A stretch of DNA of 64,000 nucleotides from Azolla caroliniana (GCA_043228905.1 JBHGNT010000006.1:8494001-8558000), one strand, 5' to 3'; shown: positions 13,101 to 23,730, counted from the stretch's first letter. Numbers and translations are program-made. Notes: generated by a model from the letters alone, not told the origin.

Positions 13101-14020
13101 GCAATGAACGAGGAGATGGAGGCTCTATGCAAGAACGACACATGGGATCTCTTCCCCCACTCATCTCACAAAAAGGCGATAAACTATAGATGGATTTACA
13201 AAGTGAAATATAATGCCGACGGCTCCGTCAACTGCTACAAAGCTCGACTTGTAGCAAAAGGCTACTCACAAACACATGGATTCGACTATGAAGAGACCTT
13301 TGCCCCAGTGGCAAAGATGACAACAGTGCGGACCGTGATTGCACTTGCAACGGCGAAAGGGTGGCACCTCCATCATATGGAAGTCAAGGACGCCTTTCTT
13401 CAAGGTGAATTAGAAGAAGAGGTGTACATGGTCCAACCACTCGGCTTCGAATCCAACATCCATCTAAAACTAGTTTCTCGATTAAAGTAGCCACTCTACC
13501 GCCTTAAGCAAGCACCACGTGCTTGGCACTCTAAGATAACACAATATCTTCATCGAATCGGCTTCAGAATGTCTAAATCCGACAACTCTCTCTACGTTAG
13601 AAGCGACTCTGGAATACTGATTATAATTATCATGTACGTGGATGATCTGATCATTGGAGGTGAAAATCTAGTCGACATCAACAAGGTCAAGTCTCTCCTC
13701 TCCAGCCAGCATATTCGAGATGACAGACATGAAGGAGCTCCATTACTTCCTTGGCATCGAGGTAATTCGGACTCCAACCGGCATTATGATCTCCCAACGA
13801 CACTACATCCTTAACTTGTTATACAAGTTCAGGATGATTAAGTGGAAATCTGTGGAAGCCCTCTCGATCGAAACCTCAAACTGGATGCTGACTCCGGCAC
13901 AAAAGACTGCGAGCTGACTCAATATCGACAACTGATCGAGAGCCTCATCTACCTCACGATCACTCGACCCGACCTTAGCTACCTAGTCAATCTCCTTAGC
14001 CAATTCATGCAAAAACCACG
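9727..14020 (+). mobile_element. Decayed Ty1/copia element A (5' LTR, PBS, gag to RT; 3' end missing)
   Basis: Putative LTR ~9727-10221 with a (CA)n tract. PBS TGGTATCAGAGCG at 10222-10234. Fragmented gag (CGYCGKIGHHEEEC), protease (WFVDSGA), integrase (SDGGKEY), RT (YKARLVAKG, YVDD). Confidence 0.88.
10379..14020 (+). pseudogene. Copia gag-pol pseudogene (many stops and frameshifts)
   Basis: ORF fragments 10265-10549, 10590-10961, 11141-11452, 11873-12220, 12257-12709, 13011-13490, 13569-14066 tile a copia polyprotein. Confidence 0.9.
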
Positions 14021-14033
14021 TATGTTAAGACGG

Positions 14034-14878
14034 TGTCGTGCCTTTCGGCTCCGGATCGTTGCGTGAGTCGGGTGGGAACCACAGAGGTCTTGGACTAGGA
14101 GAAAGAAGTTCGTGAGATAGAGATTAATTATGAGTAAATAGCAAAGAGAAAGATAAGAAACTCGTGAATCACACGAGTATACTATATTAATTGGTACTTA
14201 GGGTGTTAAGAGAGAAGTAGATGTATAAATCGTGAATCCCACGAATAAATTTTGTATTGATTAATACTTAATCCAAATAATCAACAACCCTTTACATATT
14301 TCTCTCCTCCTTATATAAGGAAAGAAGAGCTAAGCATGGCTTCATGCTTTTTTTTTTTTTTTTTACAAAAAGTGTTCATGTCCACTAAATGTGCATGTGA
14401 TGCTTTTTTATTTCCTAAGTATAGGGCTCATGCACGCTAGATGTGCATGAGTTATTTTTAGTGTCTCGTGTTTTTCTTTTTCATATATTAAAAAATACAC
14501 GATTTACCTTTTAATAAAGGTATGCATAAATAAAGGTCTTATACGTATTAAATCTATATTTAAAACACTTAAGATAAGTTAATGTAATGGTAAGGTTGGG
14601 GTTTGTCAACGTGGAGGTGCAGAGTTCGAATCACGCCCTGCGCAATAGTGAGTATTTCCTTTTTTTTTTTGTACATTTACGTCTCTTTATCCGGCTCTTC
14701 CTTGCCGGTATGCCGTTTTCTTCCTTGCCGGTATGCCGTTTTCCTCCTTGCCGGTATGCCGTTTTCCTCCTTGCCGGTATGCCGTTTTTCCTCCTTCCGG
14801 TTCTCACCGAGCACTCCATTCTCTATCCGGAGGGACAAAAATATAATTTCCACATAGTGTGCAACCTACACTACGACA
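14034..14878 (-). repeat. 3' LTR of gypsy element (four 23-bp internal repeats)
   Basis: Matches 20546-21370 apart from one extra CCTTGCCGGTATGCCGTTTT-type unit, poly-T length and one SNP seen. Confidence 0.95.
14575..14670 (+). other. tRNA-like Pol III cassette (A box, B box, oligo-T) inside gypsy LTR; second copy ~21090-21185
   Basis: TAATGTAATGGTAAG, then TTGTCAA, then GAGTTCGAATC at tRNA spacing, followed by T11. Confidence 0.55.
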
Positions 14879-17800
14879 CTCGCCCCCTCCAAACCCGCAC
14901 ATCCTCCGGTATGTGCCGAAGTTCTTGATTCTTCGTATCTGTCTTCATCCGAAGCTTCCTCCGATTCTCCCCTTATGTCGACTATGAGTTGTAATCCACT
15001 TTCTTCGCTTCCCGCATCATTGTGGTCTTCGTCCGATTGCTCCTCGTTGTTGGCCTCGACTTGGATCACATAAGGTTTGTCGTCGGTCCGCTTCTTGAAA
15101 ATCTTCACCCGCTTCCTGGCTATAGGCACTCGTAGTATTGTTCCATCCAACTCGGACAGTCGGTACGTCCCGTTGTCGAAGACCTTCCGAACCTCGTACG
15201 GCCCGAACCACCTTTTCGCGAATTTCCGCATCGTTGTATGTTGATGGTCCAAGCTACTATCATAGACGATCACCCAATCTCCTTCTTCAATCCTCCTCGG
15301 TCGTAGTCGGTGCTTTGTGTCGAACCGACTTTTGTTCCGGAACCGTGCTTCTTGTTGTCGGCGTGACGCTTCCGCTACATCTTTCGGTCTTCCCTCCAGT
15401 TGTCGTATCCGGACCGCTAGTAGTTCTTCCCGGCTCATCTCTTCCTTCCACGGTAGTATTGTCCATGTCGCGATTGCGGTTTCCGTTGGCATTACCGGTG
15501 CTTGTCCGGTCATGAGTTCTGCCGGCATGTAACCGGTCACGGAGCTATGCGTCGTCCGATCCGCCCATAGTGCATACGGAAGCATTTGTGGCCAATCCTT
15601 CACCCTTCCGTCGCATGCCTTCGCAAGTGCTTTCACGATCGGACTATGTCCTCGTTCGATCTTCCCGTTGGCCTCCGGATTGTAGGCCGTTGTCAACGTT
15701 AACCGAACTCCATGTTTGGCGAAGAATCCCCTAGCTTTGTCCGAGTCGAGTTCTCCCCGGTCCGCAATCACTTGTCCTACGCAGCCGTACCTACAAAACA
15801 CTTCTTCCAAAAGAAATTGGCACACCGCGGCACACGTTTTCCTCCGAAGCGCCCGACCTTCAACTTGGTTTGTGAGATCTTCTCGAGCTAACACCAAGTA
15901 TTTCTTTTGTCCAATCCCGGTCGGCATAGCTACAATGTCGACCATCCACTTGAAGTTGATTGTCGGTGAGAATGTCGGATGCAGCTCATCTCGGTGTCGG
16001 ACCCCGGAGTAGACTTGACATTTCTCGCAGCTTTCTGTGAACTCCGCGACATCTTTATACATGTTCTTCCACCAATATCTTTGCTTGATTTTCACAAAAG
16101 TTGCCCATGTTCCTCGATGTCCAGCCCAATCGGATTCGTGGAACTCGGACATTATCCGGTTTCGTTGCTCTTTCGTCCCGACTACTCGAAGTGGTATCCC
16201 ATCCGGTCTTTTCGGCGTCCTCCATATTAAACCGTTTTCCAAGAAGAACTTTTGGACTTGCCTCTTCATCCTTCGGATCTCGGCTCTCCTTTCTTTATCA
16301 TTGGTTGAATCCTCGACCTCTTGTAGCATCTTCCCGATCATCAAGGTTTCCCCCTCGTATTCTTCTTCCCGGAATTCTCGGATCACGTTCACTCGGCATA
16401 TGTGTTCTGACGTGAAGTAGTCTTCGGAAACTTCTTCATTATCTGATTCGGTTATGTCGTCTTCAAACCGCGCCCTCGATAACATGTCCGCTACCGCGTT
16501 GTCCTTCCCCGAGATGTGTCGAACCTCCGGATTAAGTGACTTGACATATGCAATCCACCTTAGCATAGCCACATCCGGTATCGTACAACACCGCATCATC
16601 CCGAGTATCGGAAGACAATCCGTCTCGATCACCACTTCAGCTCCGATCAAATAATCCCGATCCGATTTTATCGCCGACACGACTCCCCACAATTCTCTTT
16701 TGACTTGTGCATATCCGCGTTGCCTTTCGTTGAGGACCTTTGCTCCAAATCGGATCGGATACCGCGAACCATTCGAGTCGGCTTGATTGATGACCCACCC
16801 GATACCGGTTGGACTTGTATCAACCGTTACTATGATTGGCCGCTCGTAGCTTGGCTTCTTAAGTGATTCCGCCCTCCATAGTGTCTTCTTGAGCTTCCTC
16901 ATGGCTTTAGTGTGTTCTGGTTTCCACTTGAATTTCTTACCTTTCCGCAACAAGTGATAGAGCGGGTTCGCTATATGTGCATAGTGCGGAATCCATATGT
17001 GATAGAATGCACACGCACCCAGAAACCTTCGGACTTCCGATGTTGACTCACATACTTCCTTCATAGCTTGAATCGCATCGATCTTTGTTGGTGACGGTCT
17101 TCGGCCATAGGGTCCACATAGATGTCCGACCACCAATATTTCTTCTTGCCCGAATGCCGATTTCTCCCCGGAAAGTGTTAGGTGCACATCTTCTAGCTTT
17201 CGCAACACTTTCTCGCAATCATGAATATGGTCGACCACGAACTTTCGGCATCCCCGATCATCCATAGTCTCATCTTTTTCTTCCACCGCGCATCCTTTCA
17301 TCGGAATGTCATCTAGAAACGGCATCGTTATCTCCGGGATGCAATCTCGAAGCACCTTGTTCATCGCGTTCATCATATGTGCAACCGAGTTTGTCGCTCC
17401 TTGTGGTAGTGTGCACATTCGAACTAGTCCTACCGGTGTCCGCATGGTAGTGATGTCTCGGCTCTCCACGGCTAGTTGGAATTGGTCATACCCCGAGTAT
17501 AGGTCCCCGATGGAGTATATCGCACGTCCGGCAAAAGCTTCCGCGAATTCGTCCACTATCGGACCGACTCCCGAGTTCCGGATCGTGACCTTGTTCACCG
17601 GTTGCAAGTCTTGGATGAATCGGAGTGACCCATTCTTCTTCGGAACCGTAAACCATCGATTTGAGTACGGAGCACTTGATGGCTCTAGAATCCCCATCGC
17701 TACCTTCTCCTTGAGCAAGTCGATGACTTTCGGAATATGCGCCCGTGGCACCGGAATCGGCTTCAGGTTCCACGGTACATGATCAATCGTGAAAATCACC

Positions 17801-18477
17801 ATCGGCTCCACTATCTTTGGATCAATGCATCCGATCTCCCTCGATGTGAACGCGAATGCTTTGCCATGTTGCTCCAACATCTCTCGAAACCGTTTTTCTT
17901 CTTCTTGTAAGAGGAACCCACCTCCACCGATCCGAAGTTTCTTCCGGGTCTCATCTGTGAAGACATGTCCGATATCCACGGACTTCCGAAGTGTCGGATC
18001 TCCCGAGACTTCTTTCTTCTTTTGTTCGCTATCGGCGGGTAGTGGTCCCGCGGCCGGTTTCACCTTCTTCTCCACGGTCTTGTATTTCGTACTTACCATT
18101 GCTTCTTCTTTGCGGAGCGCATCCGGCCCCATTTTCGCAACGATCTCGTACATCTCGACCGATTCCACCGGGACTACCCAGTTCCCTTGGCTTTTATCTT
18201 CCGCAAGCTCTTCAAGCCGTTGTAGTGTATTCCCATAGAACACTTCCTCGATCACTCCCACGATTTCTTCGTCTTCTTTTATTATTGATGCCGACCGTAA
18301 CTTATCCTCCACTTGTCGGTATTGTTTCTTCATTCCTCCGGTTACGGTCGTGTACGTAGATGCCCCATCCGGGCCGATTCGTACTTGTTTTGCTCCGAGA
18401 GTTTTCTTCCTGTGTGGGGTATCAGGGCTTCTCGGACTATCACTTCCCCACTCCGCAACAGTCCGCTTTAAAAATCC
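14866..18477 (-). CDS. Gypsy pol (RT, RNase H, integrase), probably made as a gag-pro-pol fusion by -1 frameshift
   Basis: ORF 14866-18333 has FLDD RT, VDTS/ETD RNase H, and HHCC plus ADRGE...NGKIER integrase. The same frame stays open upstream to the GGATTTT slippery site at 18477-18471. Confidence 0.93.
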   Translation of the reverse strand, partial: GFLKRTVAEWGSDSPRSPDTPHRKKTLGAKQVRIGPDGASTYTTVTGGMKKQYRQVEDKLRSASIIKEDEEIVGVIEEVFYGNTLQRLEELAEDKSQGNWVVPVESVEMYEIVAKMGPDALRKEEAMVSTKYKTVEKKVKPAAGPLPADSEQKKKEVSGDPTLRKSVDIGHVFTDETRKKLRIGGGGFLLQEEEKRFREMLEQHGKAFAFTSREIGCIDPKIVEPMVIFTIDHVPWNLKPIPVPRAHIPKVIDLLKEKVAMGILEPSSAPYSNRWFTVPKKNGSLRFIQDLQPVNKVTIRNSGVGPIVDEFAEAFAGRAIYSIGDLYSGYDQFQLAVESRDITTMRTPVGLVRMCTLPQGATNSVAHMMNAMNKVLRDCIPEITMPFLDDIPMKGCAVEEKDETMDDRGCRKFVVDHIHDCEKVLRKLEDVHLTLSGEKSAFGQEEILVVGHLCGPYGRRPSPTKIDAIQAMKEVCESTSEVRRFLGACAFYHIWIPHYAHIANPLYHLLRKGKKFKWKPEHTKAMRKLKKTLWRAESLKKPSYERPIIVTVDTSPTGIGWVINQADSNGSRYPIRFGAKVLNERQRGYAQVKRELWGVVSAIKSDRDYLIGAEVVIETDCLPILGMMRCCTIPDVAMLRWIAYVKSLNPEVRHISGKDNAVADMLSRARFEDDITESDNEEVSEDYFTSEHICRVNVIREFREEEYEGETLMIGKMLQEVEDSTNDKERRAEIRRMKRQVQKFFLENGLIWRTPKRPDGIPLRVVGTKEQRNRIMSEFHESDWAGHRGTWATFVKIKQRYWWKNMYKDVAEFTESCEKCQVYSGVRHRDELHPTFSPTINFKWMVDIVAMPTGIGQKKYLVLAREDLTNQVEGRALRRKTCAAVCQFLLEEVFCRYGCVGQVIADRGELDSDKARGFFAKHGVRLTLTTAYNPEANGKIERGHSPIVKALAKACDGRVKDWPQMLPYALWADRTTHSSVTGYMPAELMTGQAPVMPTETAIATWTILPWKEEMSREELLAVRIRQLEGRPKDVAEASRRQQEARFRNKSRFDTKHRLRPRRIEEGDWVIVYDSSLDHQHTTMRKFAKRWFGPYEVRKVFDNGTYRLSELDGTILRVPIARKRVKIFKKRTDDKPYVIQVEANNEEQSDEDHNDAGSEESGLQLIVDIRGESEEASDEDRYEESRTSAHTGGCAGLEGASVVV
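18414..18477 (-). promoter_or_regulatory. Predicted -1 ribosomal frameshift signal (G GAU UUU plus H-type pseudoknot)
   Basis: Slippery heptamer at the gag-pro stop, 5-nt spacer, 11-bp stem CGGACTGTTGC/GTGATAGTCCG. Loop GTGGGG is complementary to downstream CCCCAC. Pol is in the -1 frame and open. Confidence 0.85.
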
Positions 18478-20507
18478 ATTCTCACTTGGGACAAGAGTTC
18501 CCTCTTGTTCCTTTCGTGATTTGCCGGCACCGTTAGGAATTGGACGGATTTCCCTCCGTTTTGGCTCCGAATTCGCGCAAAAGCCGCACCACTATCGAGC
18601 ACCTTCGTCTCCATCCGTGAAGCCGTGATAAAGGGTTGGCCGAGGATGACAGAATGTGAAACCTCATCCTGCACAAAGAAATTTTGGTCAATTTCGACAT
18701 CCCCGATCTTTACCGTCACATCCGGACAAGCCGCAAATAGGTCTTCTGTCGTTTTCGTGGCTGCCCGAATCTTCCATCCATGGTTGGTGTTTATAGGCCA
18801 CTTCCCCTTTCGGTAGAACTCCTTGGACATCAAGTTGATCTCCGATCCGTGATCAATCAATGCTAGCACGGGTTCTTTGATGTTGCCGATTCGGACCGGA
18901 GTCTCCGTAGTCGCACGTGCCCAGTGTGGCCTTGTATAGTGGGAGTTCGGAATTTCGCCTTCCACTTCGGTGTCGTTCATTGAAACGGTATTTGCATTCA
19001 CCCTTGGAGCATTTTCCTCCGTACTTTGTCTCTTCCTTTTCACGAGATCCACGAGAAGATTGTGAAACTCCTTCTTCGCTATTCCGAGTAGTTCCCGCAG
19101 CGAAAAATCTACCCGGCTATCCAAGATTCTTTCCTCGAACACTCTTTTCAAGTCGGTTTGTTGTTCTATGTCCGAGGCGAGCTTGAATGCCGGAGTCGCC
19201 TTTTCTTTTCCCTTACCTCCGGAGTTCCAGCTTTCCGGTATCTTCGATGGTCCGGCCGCATCCTCCGTGCGCCGTCGTTTCTCGTCCACATACACCTCAT
19301 GTAATTGACACAGGGCATATATGCTATTCTTGTCGACAGGACACTCCCATCCCGTAGCTTCCCGGACGCCTTCCGCGGTGTTTCGGATATCGTTGGAGTC
19401 GGTTTTCTCGGTGTTTCCTAGCACCTCCGGCCAGAAAGACGCCTTCGCTCCCGATGACTCCCCGACACATATTCCCGCGGTTGTCGCATAGTTGCTTCTT
19501 GCCGCTAACTCCTCCTCGAGCACCTTCTTCATGCCGCCTTTCCGGAAGTTCGGTCGGAGTGGCTTCCGAGAGTCCATCGAATGAATCCGGTTTCCCTCGT
19601 AGTAGATGAGATCCCGTCGTAGCGCCTCCTTATGGTCGTCGCAATCCCTCCGATCGTGTTCGGCGCTATCGCACCATATGCACCGTCGATCCGTATATTT
19701 GGAGCTTGTGGGGCGGTCATCCGACTTCTTCACCATCGCGATCTTTAGATTCTCCATCTCCTTCAGCAGCTGCTCCACCGTAGACGCGTCGACTCCCTTC
19801 TCGGCCGTAATCTCCCGAGCCCTCGGTTGATGGTCTTCCAGTCCCGTTCTCGGTTTCGGAATCGGTTCCGAAACCCTCTTTTCTTCGTTGGCAAGCCATT
19901 GCCCCCTCTTCGTGTACCGCGCGACGATATCCCGCACGCTTTCCCATGTTTCGGTGAGGCCGCTTTCGGTGGTCGTGTCCTCAAGAAGCACTCCGATATC
20001 TTTCCGGTCCCGGACGTCCACAGCTCGCAAAAACATGATGACTTTGTCCGGTGCAAGAATAGTTTGATCTCTCGCGGACAACCTCCCGAACCGACTTTCG
20101 AATGTCGAAAACACTTCGAGGACCTTCAGCCCCTTACCTGACGTTTCCACCCAATCCTTGAATCCCCTCCGCGTTGCCTTGGAGGAGTCCTCGATGGCAA
20201 ACGTGGTCTTTAACGCCTCTTCGAATGCTTCCCACGTCGGATTTTGTTGTTGCAACCCGTGGATACTCCCTTGAAGCCCGTCGGTCGCCACCCGGTTAAA
20301 GGATGTCACTTGCAGTCCTTCCGAAGCCCGGCACCGGAGCATCTCCGCCTTGTAGTCCTGCAAATATCGCGACACATCCTTACCATTAAATTGCCCGTTG
20401 CGTTGCACGAGCCGCTCTACTGATGCCGAAATCTCCGACATCGTGCGTTGTTCTTGAAGCATCCGTTCGAACATCGCCATCATATTGTTAGCTTGTTGAG
20501 CCTCCAT
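18468..20507 (-). CDS. Gypsy gag-protease ORF
   Basis: ORF 18468-20594; first ATG downstream of the PBS is near 20507. Knuckle CIWCDSAEHDRRDC; aspartic protease ALIDHGSEIN...ILGQPF. Confidence 0.9.
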   Translation of the reverse strand: MEAQQANNMMAMFERMLQEQRTMSEISASVERLVQRNGQFNGKDVSRYLQDYKAEMLRCRASEGLQVTSFNRVATDGLQGSIHGLQQQNPTWEAFEEALKTTFAIEDSSKATRRGFKDWVETSGKGLKVLEVFSTFESRFGRLSARDQTILAPDKVIMFLRAVDVRDRKDIGVLLEDTTTESGLTETWESVRDIVARYTKRGQWLANEEKRVSEPIPKPRTGLEDHQPRAREITAEKGVDASTVEQLLKEMENLKIAMVKKSDDRPTSSKYTDRRCIWCDSAEHDRRDCDDHKEALRRDLIYYEGNRIHSMDSRKPLRPNFRKGGMKKVLEEELAARSNYATTAGICVGESSGAKASFWPEVLGNTEKTDSNDIRNTAEGVREATGWECPVDKNSIYALCQLHEVYVDEKRRRTEDAAGPSKIPESWNSGGKGKEKATPAFKLASDIEQQTDLKRVFEERILDSRVDFSLRELLGIAKKEFHNLLVDLVKRKRQSTEENAPRVNANTVSMNDTEVEGEIPNSHYTRPHWARATTETPVRIGNIKEPVLALIDHGSEINLMSKEFYRKGKWPINTNHGWKIRAATKTTEDLFAACPDVTVKIGDVEIDQNFFVQDEVSHSVILGQPFITASRMETKVLDSGAAFARIRSQNGGKSVQFLTVPANHERNKRELLSQVRMDF

Positions 20508-20523
20508 CTCCTTGCCACCCGTC

Positions 20524-20541
20524 TTCACGTCGGGTTCACCA
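20524..20541 (-). promoter_or_regulatory. Primer binding site, tRNA-Trp
   Basis: Minus strand TGGTGAACCCGACGTGAA, complementary to the plant tRNA-Trp 3' end as I recall it (TTCACGTCGGGTTCA-CCA); 4 nt from the LTR. Confidence 0.85.
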
Positions 20542-20545
20542 ACTG

Positions 20546-21370
20546 TGTCGTGCCTTTCGGCTCCGGATCGTTGCGTGAGTCGGGTGGGAACCACAGAGGT
20601 CTTGGACTAGGAGAAAGAAGTTCGTGAGATAGAGATTAATTATGAGTAAATAGCAAAGAGAAAGATAAGAAACTCGTGAATCACACGAGTATACTATATT
20701 AATTGGTACTTAGGGTGTTAAGAGAGAAGTAGATGTATAAATCGTGAATCCCACGAATAAATTTTGTATTGATTAATACTTAATCCAAATAATCAACAAC
20801 CCTTTACATATTTCTCTCCTCCTTATATAAGGAAAGAAGAGCTAAGCATGGCTTCATGCTTTTTTTTTTTTTTTTTTTTACAAAAAGTGTTCATGTCCAC
20901 TAAATGTGCATGTGATGCTTTTTTATTTCCTAAGTATAGGGCTCATGCACGCTAGATGTGCATGAGTTATTTTTAGTGTCTCGTGTTTTTCTTTTTCATA
21001 TATTAAAAAATACACGATTTACCTTTTAATAAAGGTATGCATAAATAAAGGTCTTATACGTATTAAATCTATATTTAAAACACTTAAGATAAGTTAATGT
21101 AATGGTAAGGTTGGGGTTTGTCAACGTGGAGGTGCAGAGTTCGAATCACGCCCTGCGCAGTAGTGAGTATTTCCTTTTTTTTTTTGTACATTTACGTCTC
21201 TTTATCCGGCTCTTCCTTGCCGGTATGCCGTTTTCTTCCTTGCCGGTATGCCGTTTTCCTCCTTGCCGGTATGCCGTTTTTCCTCCTTCCGGTTCTCACC
21301 GAGCACTCCATTCTCTATCCGGAGGGACAAAAATATAATTTCCACATAGTGTGCAACCTACACTACGACA
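20546..21370 (-). repeat. 5' LTR of gypsy element (three 23-bp internal repeats)
   Basis: Matches 14034-14878; followed by TSD ACGG. Confidence 0.95.
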
Positions 21371-21374
21371 ACGG

Positions 21375-23730
21375 CGAGAGAGAGAGATAGAGATAGAGAG
21401 ATAGATAGATAGATAGATTATATTATCATATTCGGAGGTCAAATATGACCTATGAGACCAAAAATATTACATTTCACGTGATACTTGTGAAAGTGAGTAG
21501 GGACTCTCGATGTTCAAGAACTTTACCAATGAATGTTGCAATCGAGAGTGCACATTGTGGTTGTGAGAGGAATTCCTGCAAGGATTGGGCTCGGTCGAAG
21601 AGATGTGGAAATCATGGTCGAATATGATCAAAGACAGAGCATTGTATCAAAGTGTGATACTCAGACTCGCGAACTTGTTTAGAGCAAAGTGTGCATAGCC
21701 GATCACTCTCATCACTTGTGCCCCAACGCCCTGTCTCACATCGCAATGCATGTGAGCTAAGTCGCATGGAAGCAATGGTTCGAATGGCAGATAACGGTAT
21801 GGGCTCTAACATGTATCGATGTGTACGATGTCCCCGTTTCGCAAAGAATATGGTTTTGTAGTTAGGTGCAACATGTGTAGTATAATGTGTGAAGCATGAG
21901 CCTCCACATTTGTCCCATGTCATGATACATTGGCGTTGCAAAAAGGCCTAATTTACAGAGGAATCTAATGATGCATCATGAAGCAAGTGTCTCGCGGCCC
22001 ATCTACCAAACCATTTTTCTATATCTTGCATCCAACCGGAACACAAAATTTTGCTTTTATGCGTCTTTTGGATCTTTTTGCTTGCTTGCCATGCAATTCT
22101 AGGAAGTTGATATGAGGGACTTTTTTGAACCTTAAGCATGCATTCAACAACCGTTTCCATGTCCATAATCTCAATGGGAAGTGATCCCGTCTCAAGGAGC
22201 AGGAGGGTGTAGGGCGTTTGTTTCTTAACTTGTAGAAACTTTGTAAGAAAATGTTTTTGAACATTTTCAAAATCTTTCCACATAGATTTAGGGATGTTAC
22301 TGCCCCATACTTCCACCCCATAGAGAAGAACCGGTGTCACCAAATTGTCGAAAAGATATTTCCTGAGGACCCAAAACTTAATATCTCCAATATTGCATGT
22401 GTTCTCAAATGCACAGTATGCTCACTTACCTGCCTCTAAGTGGCGTGTAGCACATTCATTCCATCTATGATTTGAAGGAACTTCAAGTCCAAAAGCTTTC
22501 CACACATTCAAGTGGCTCATTGTTGTACATAATGCATGGTTTATCTCTTTTTTGGCTCTTCACAAGGATAATCTTTGTTTTAGAGCTATTGACACTTAAT
22601 TTAGTATGCATGCAAAATATTTCCAATGCCTTCATAAGCTTTTGTGCATCTCCTAAAGTATTTCCAAAAAGCACTACATCATCTGCATATAGCAAAAGCA
22701 TAATCACAACATTCCCAATGATAACTTCTTCAACACATTCTTCCTTTGCAAACTTGGTAACCATTTCTTCCAATTCATCAATGCATAGACCAAATAGTGT
22801 TGGTGAGAGTGGGCATCCTTGCTTAACATCAATAGTGCTTTTGAAAATTTTTGAAAGTTTATCTCTCATGCGCACACAACATATAACCTTCTCATAAATT
22901 CGGCAAATTGCAAGCATATATTCACTTGGCATCTCAAGTTCTTCCATTCGCCTCCAAAGATGCTCACGAGGTACCATATCAAAAGCTTTCTTAAAGTCTA
23001 CAAAGCAACAATATAAACCTTTACCTCTAAGGCGACTTTCCTCCATTAATACTCGAAGGGTGATAAGGTGATCAATGGTGCTATGGTGTTTTCGAAAGCC
23101 AGCTTGTCCATAAGCTCTCTTACCATTTTTTCCAGCCCATACACTTATCTTTGATTCCATTATACATCCAAATAGTTTTGCCATTAATGAGCCAACCATG
23201 ATGGTTTGATAGTTGTTTACATTATTTACATCTCCACCTTTATGTAAAGGTTTGATCCAATTTGTAGTCCAATCGTATGGCATACCATGTTGCAATGCAT
23301 CATTAAACATATCACTTATCCATACATGTGCTTCCTTTCCCGTCCATTTGAGAATTTCAACCTTTATACATTGAAGATCGCTTGCCTTTCGAGAGGCCAA
23401 TTTCTTAAGTCCTATGCATATATCTTCAATTGTAAAGAAGGGAGGCATATGTGAAAGAGAACCATAACACATCATCTTTCTGGCAAGAGATAACTCATAT
23501 AAATTCTTACAGTGCATAGACAAGTCGTGAAGCGTTAAGTCACCATAACTCTTAACACGTTTCCCCTTTAATTTCCCCAAAATTTAGCACATGCATGTGC
23601 TTTCTCTTGCGTTTGGATAAATGGTTGAGTAATTTCCCATATTCTTCTCTTTCTTTGAATAAGCATTTTATACTCATGCAAATGCTTTTGGTAATTCTCT
23701 TTATCCTTAAGTTCATCCAAAACCATTCTT
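21375..23730 (-). mobile_element. 5'-truncated, decayed non-LTR retrotransposon (RTE/RTEX-like LINE) with (TCTA)n/(TC)n tail
   Basis: RT fragments QAGFRK, FVDFKKAFD, KQGCPLSPTLF, LYADD (22483-23580); LLYGVEVWG (21948-22343); C-terminal CTLC...H...C finger (21612-21941); tail at 21375-21418. Confidence 0.9.

Larger units (their letters stand above)
14034..21370 (-). mobile_element. Full-length, very young non-chromovirus Ty3/gypsy element
   Basis: LTRs 14034-14878 and 20546-21370 (TGTCGT...ACGACA) are near identical. 4-bp TSD ACGG at 14030-14033 and 21371-21374. PPT at 14879-14892, tRNA-Trp PBS and two intact ORFs. Confidence 0.96.

Noticed and set aside
14575-14645. Functional tRNA-Asp gene
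   Set aside because: The acceptor and anticodon stems do not pair, so it is reported only as a tRNA-like cassette.
15017-20141. Numerous short overlapping and antisense ORFs inside the gypsy element
   Set aside because: They are shadows of GC-rich coding sequence with no recognisable motifs.
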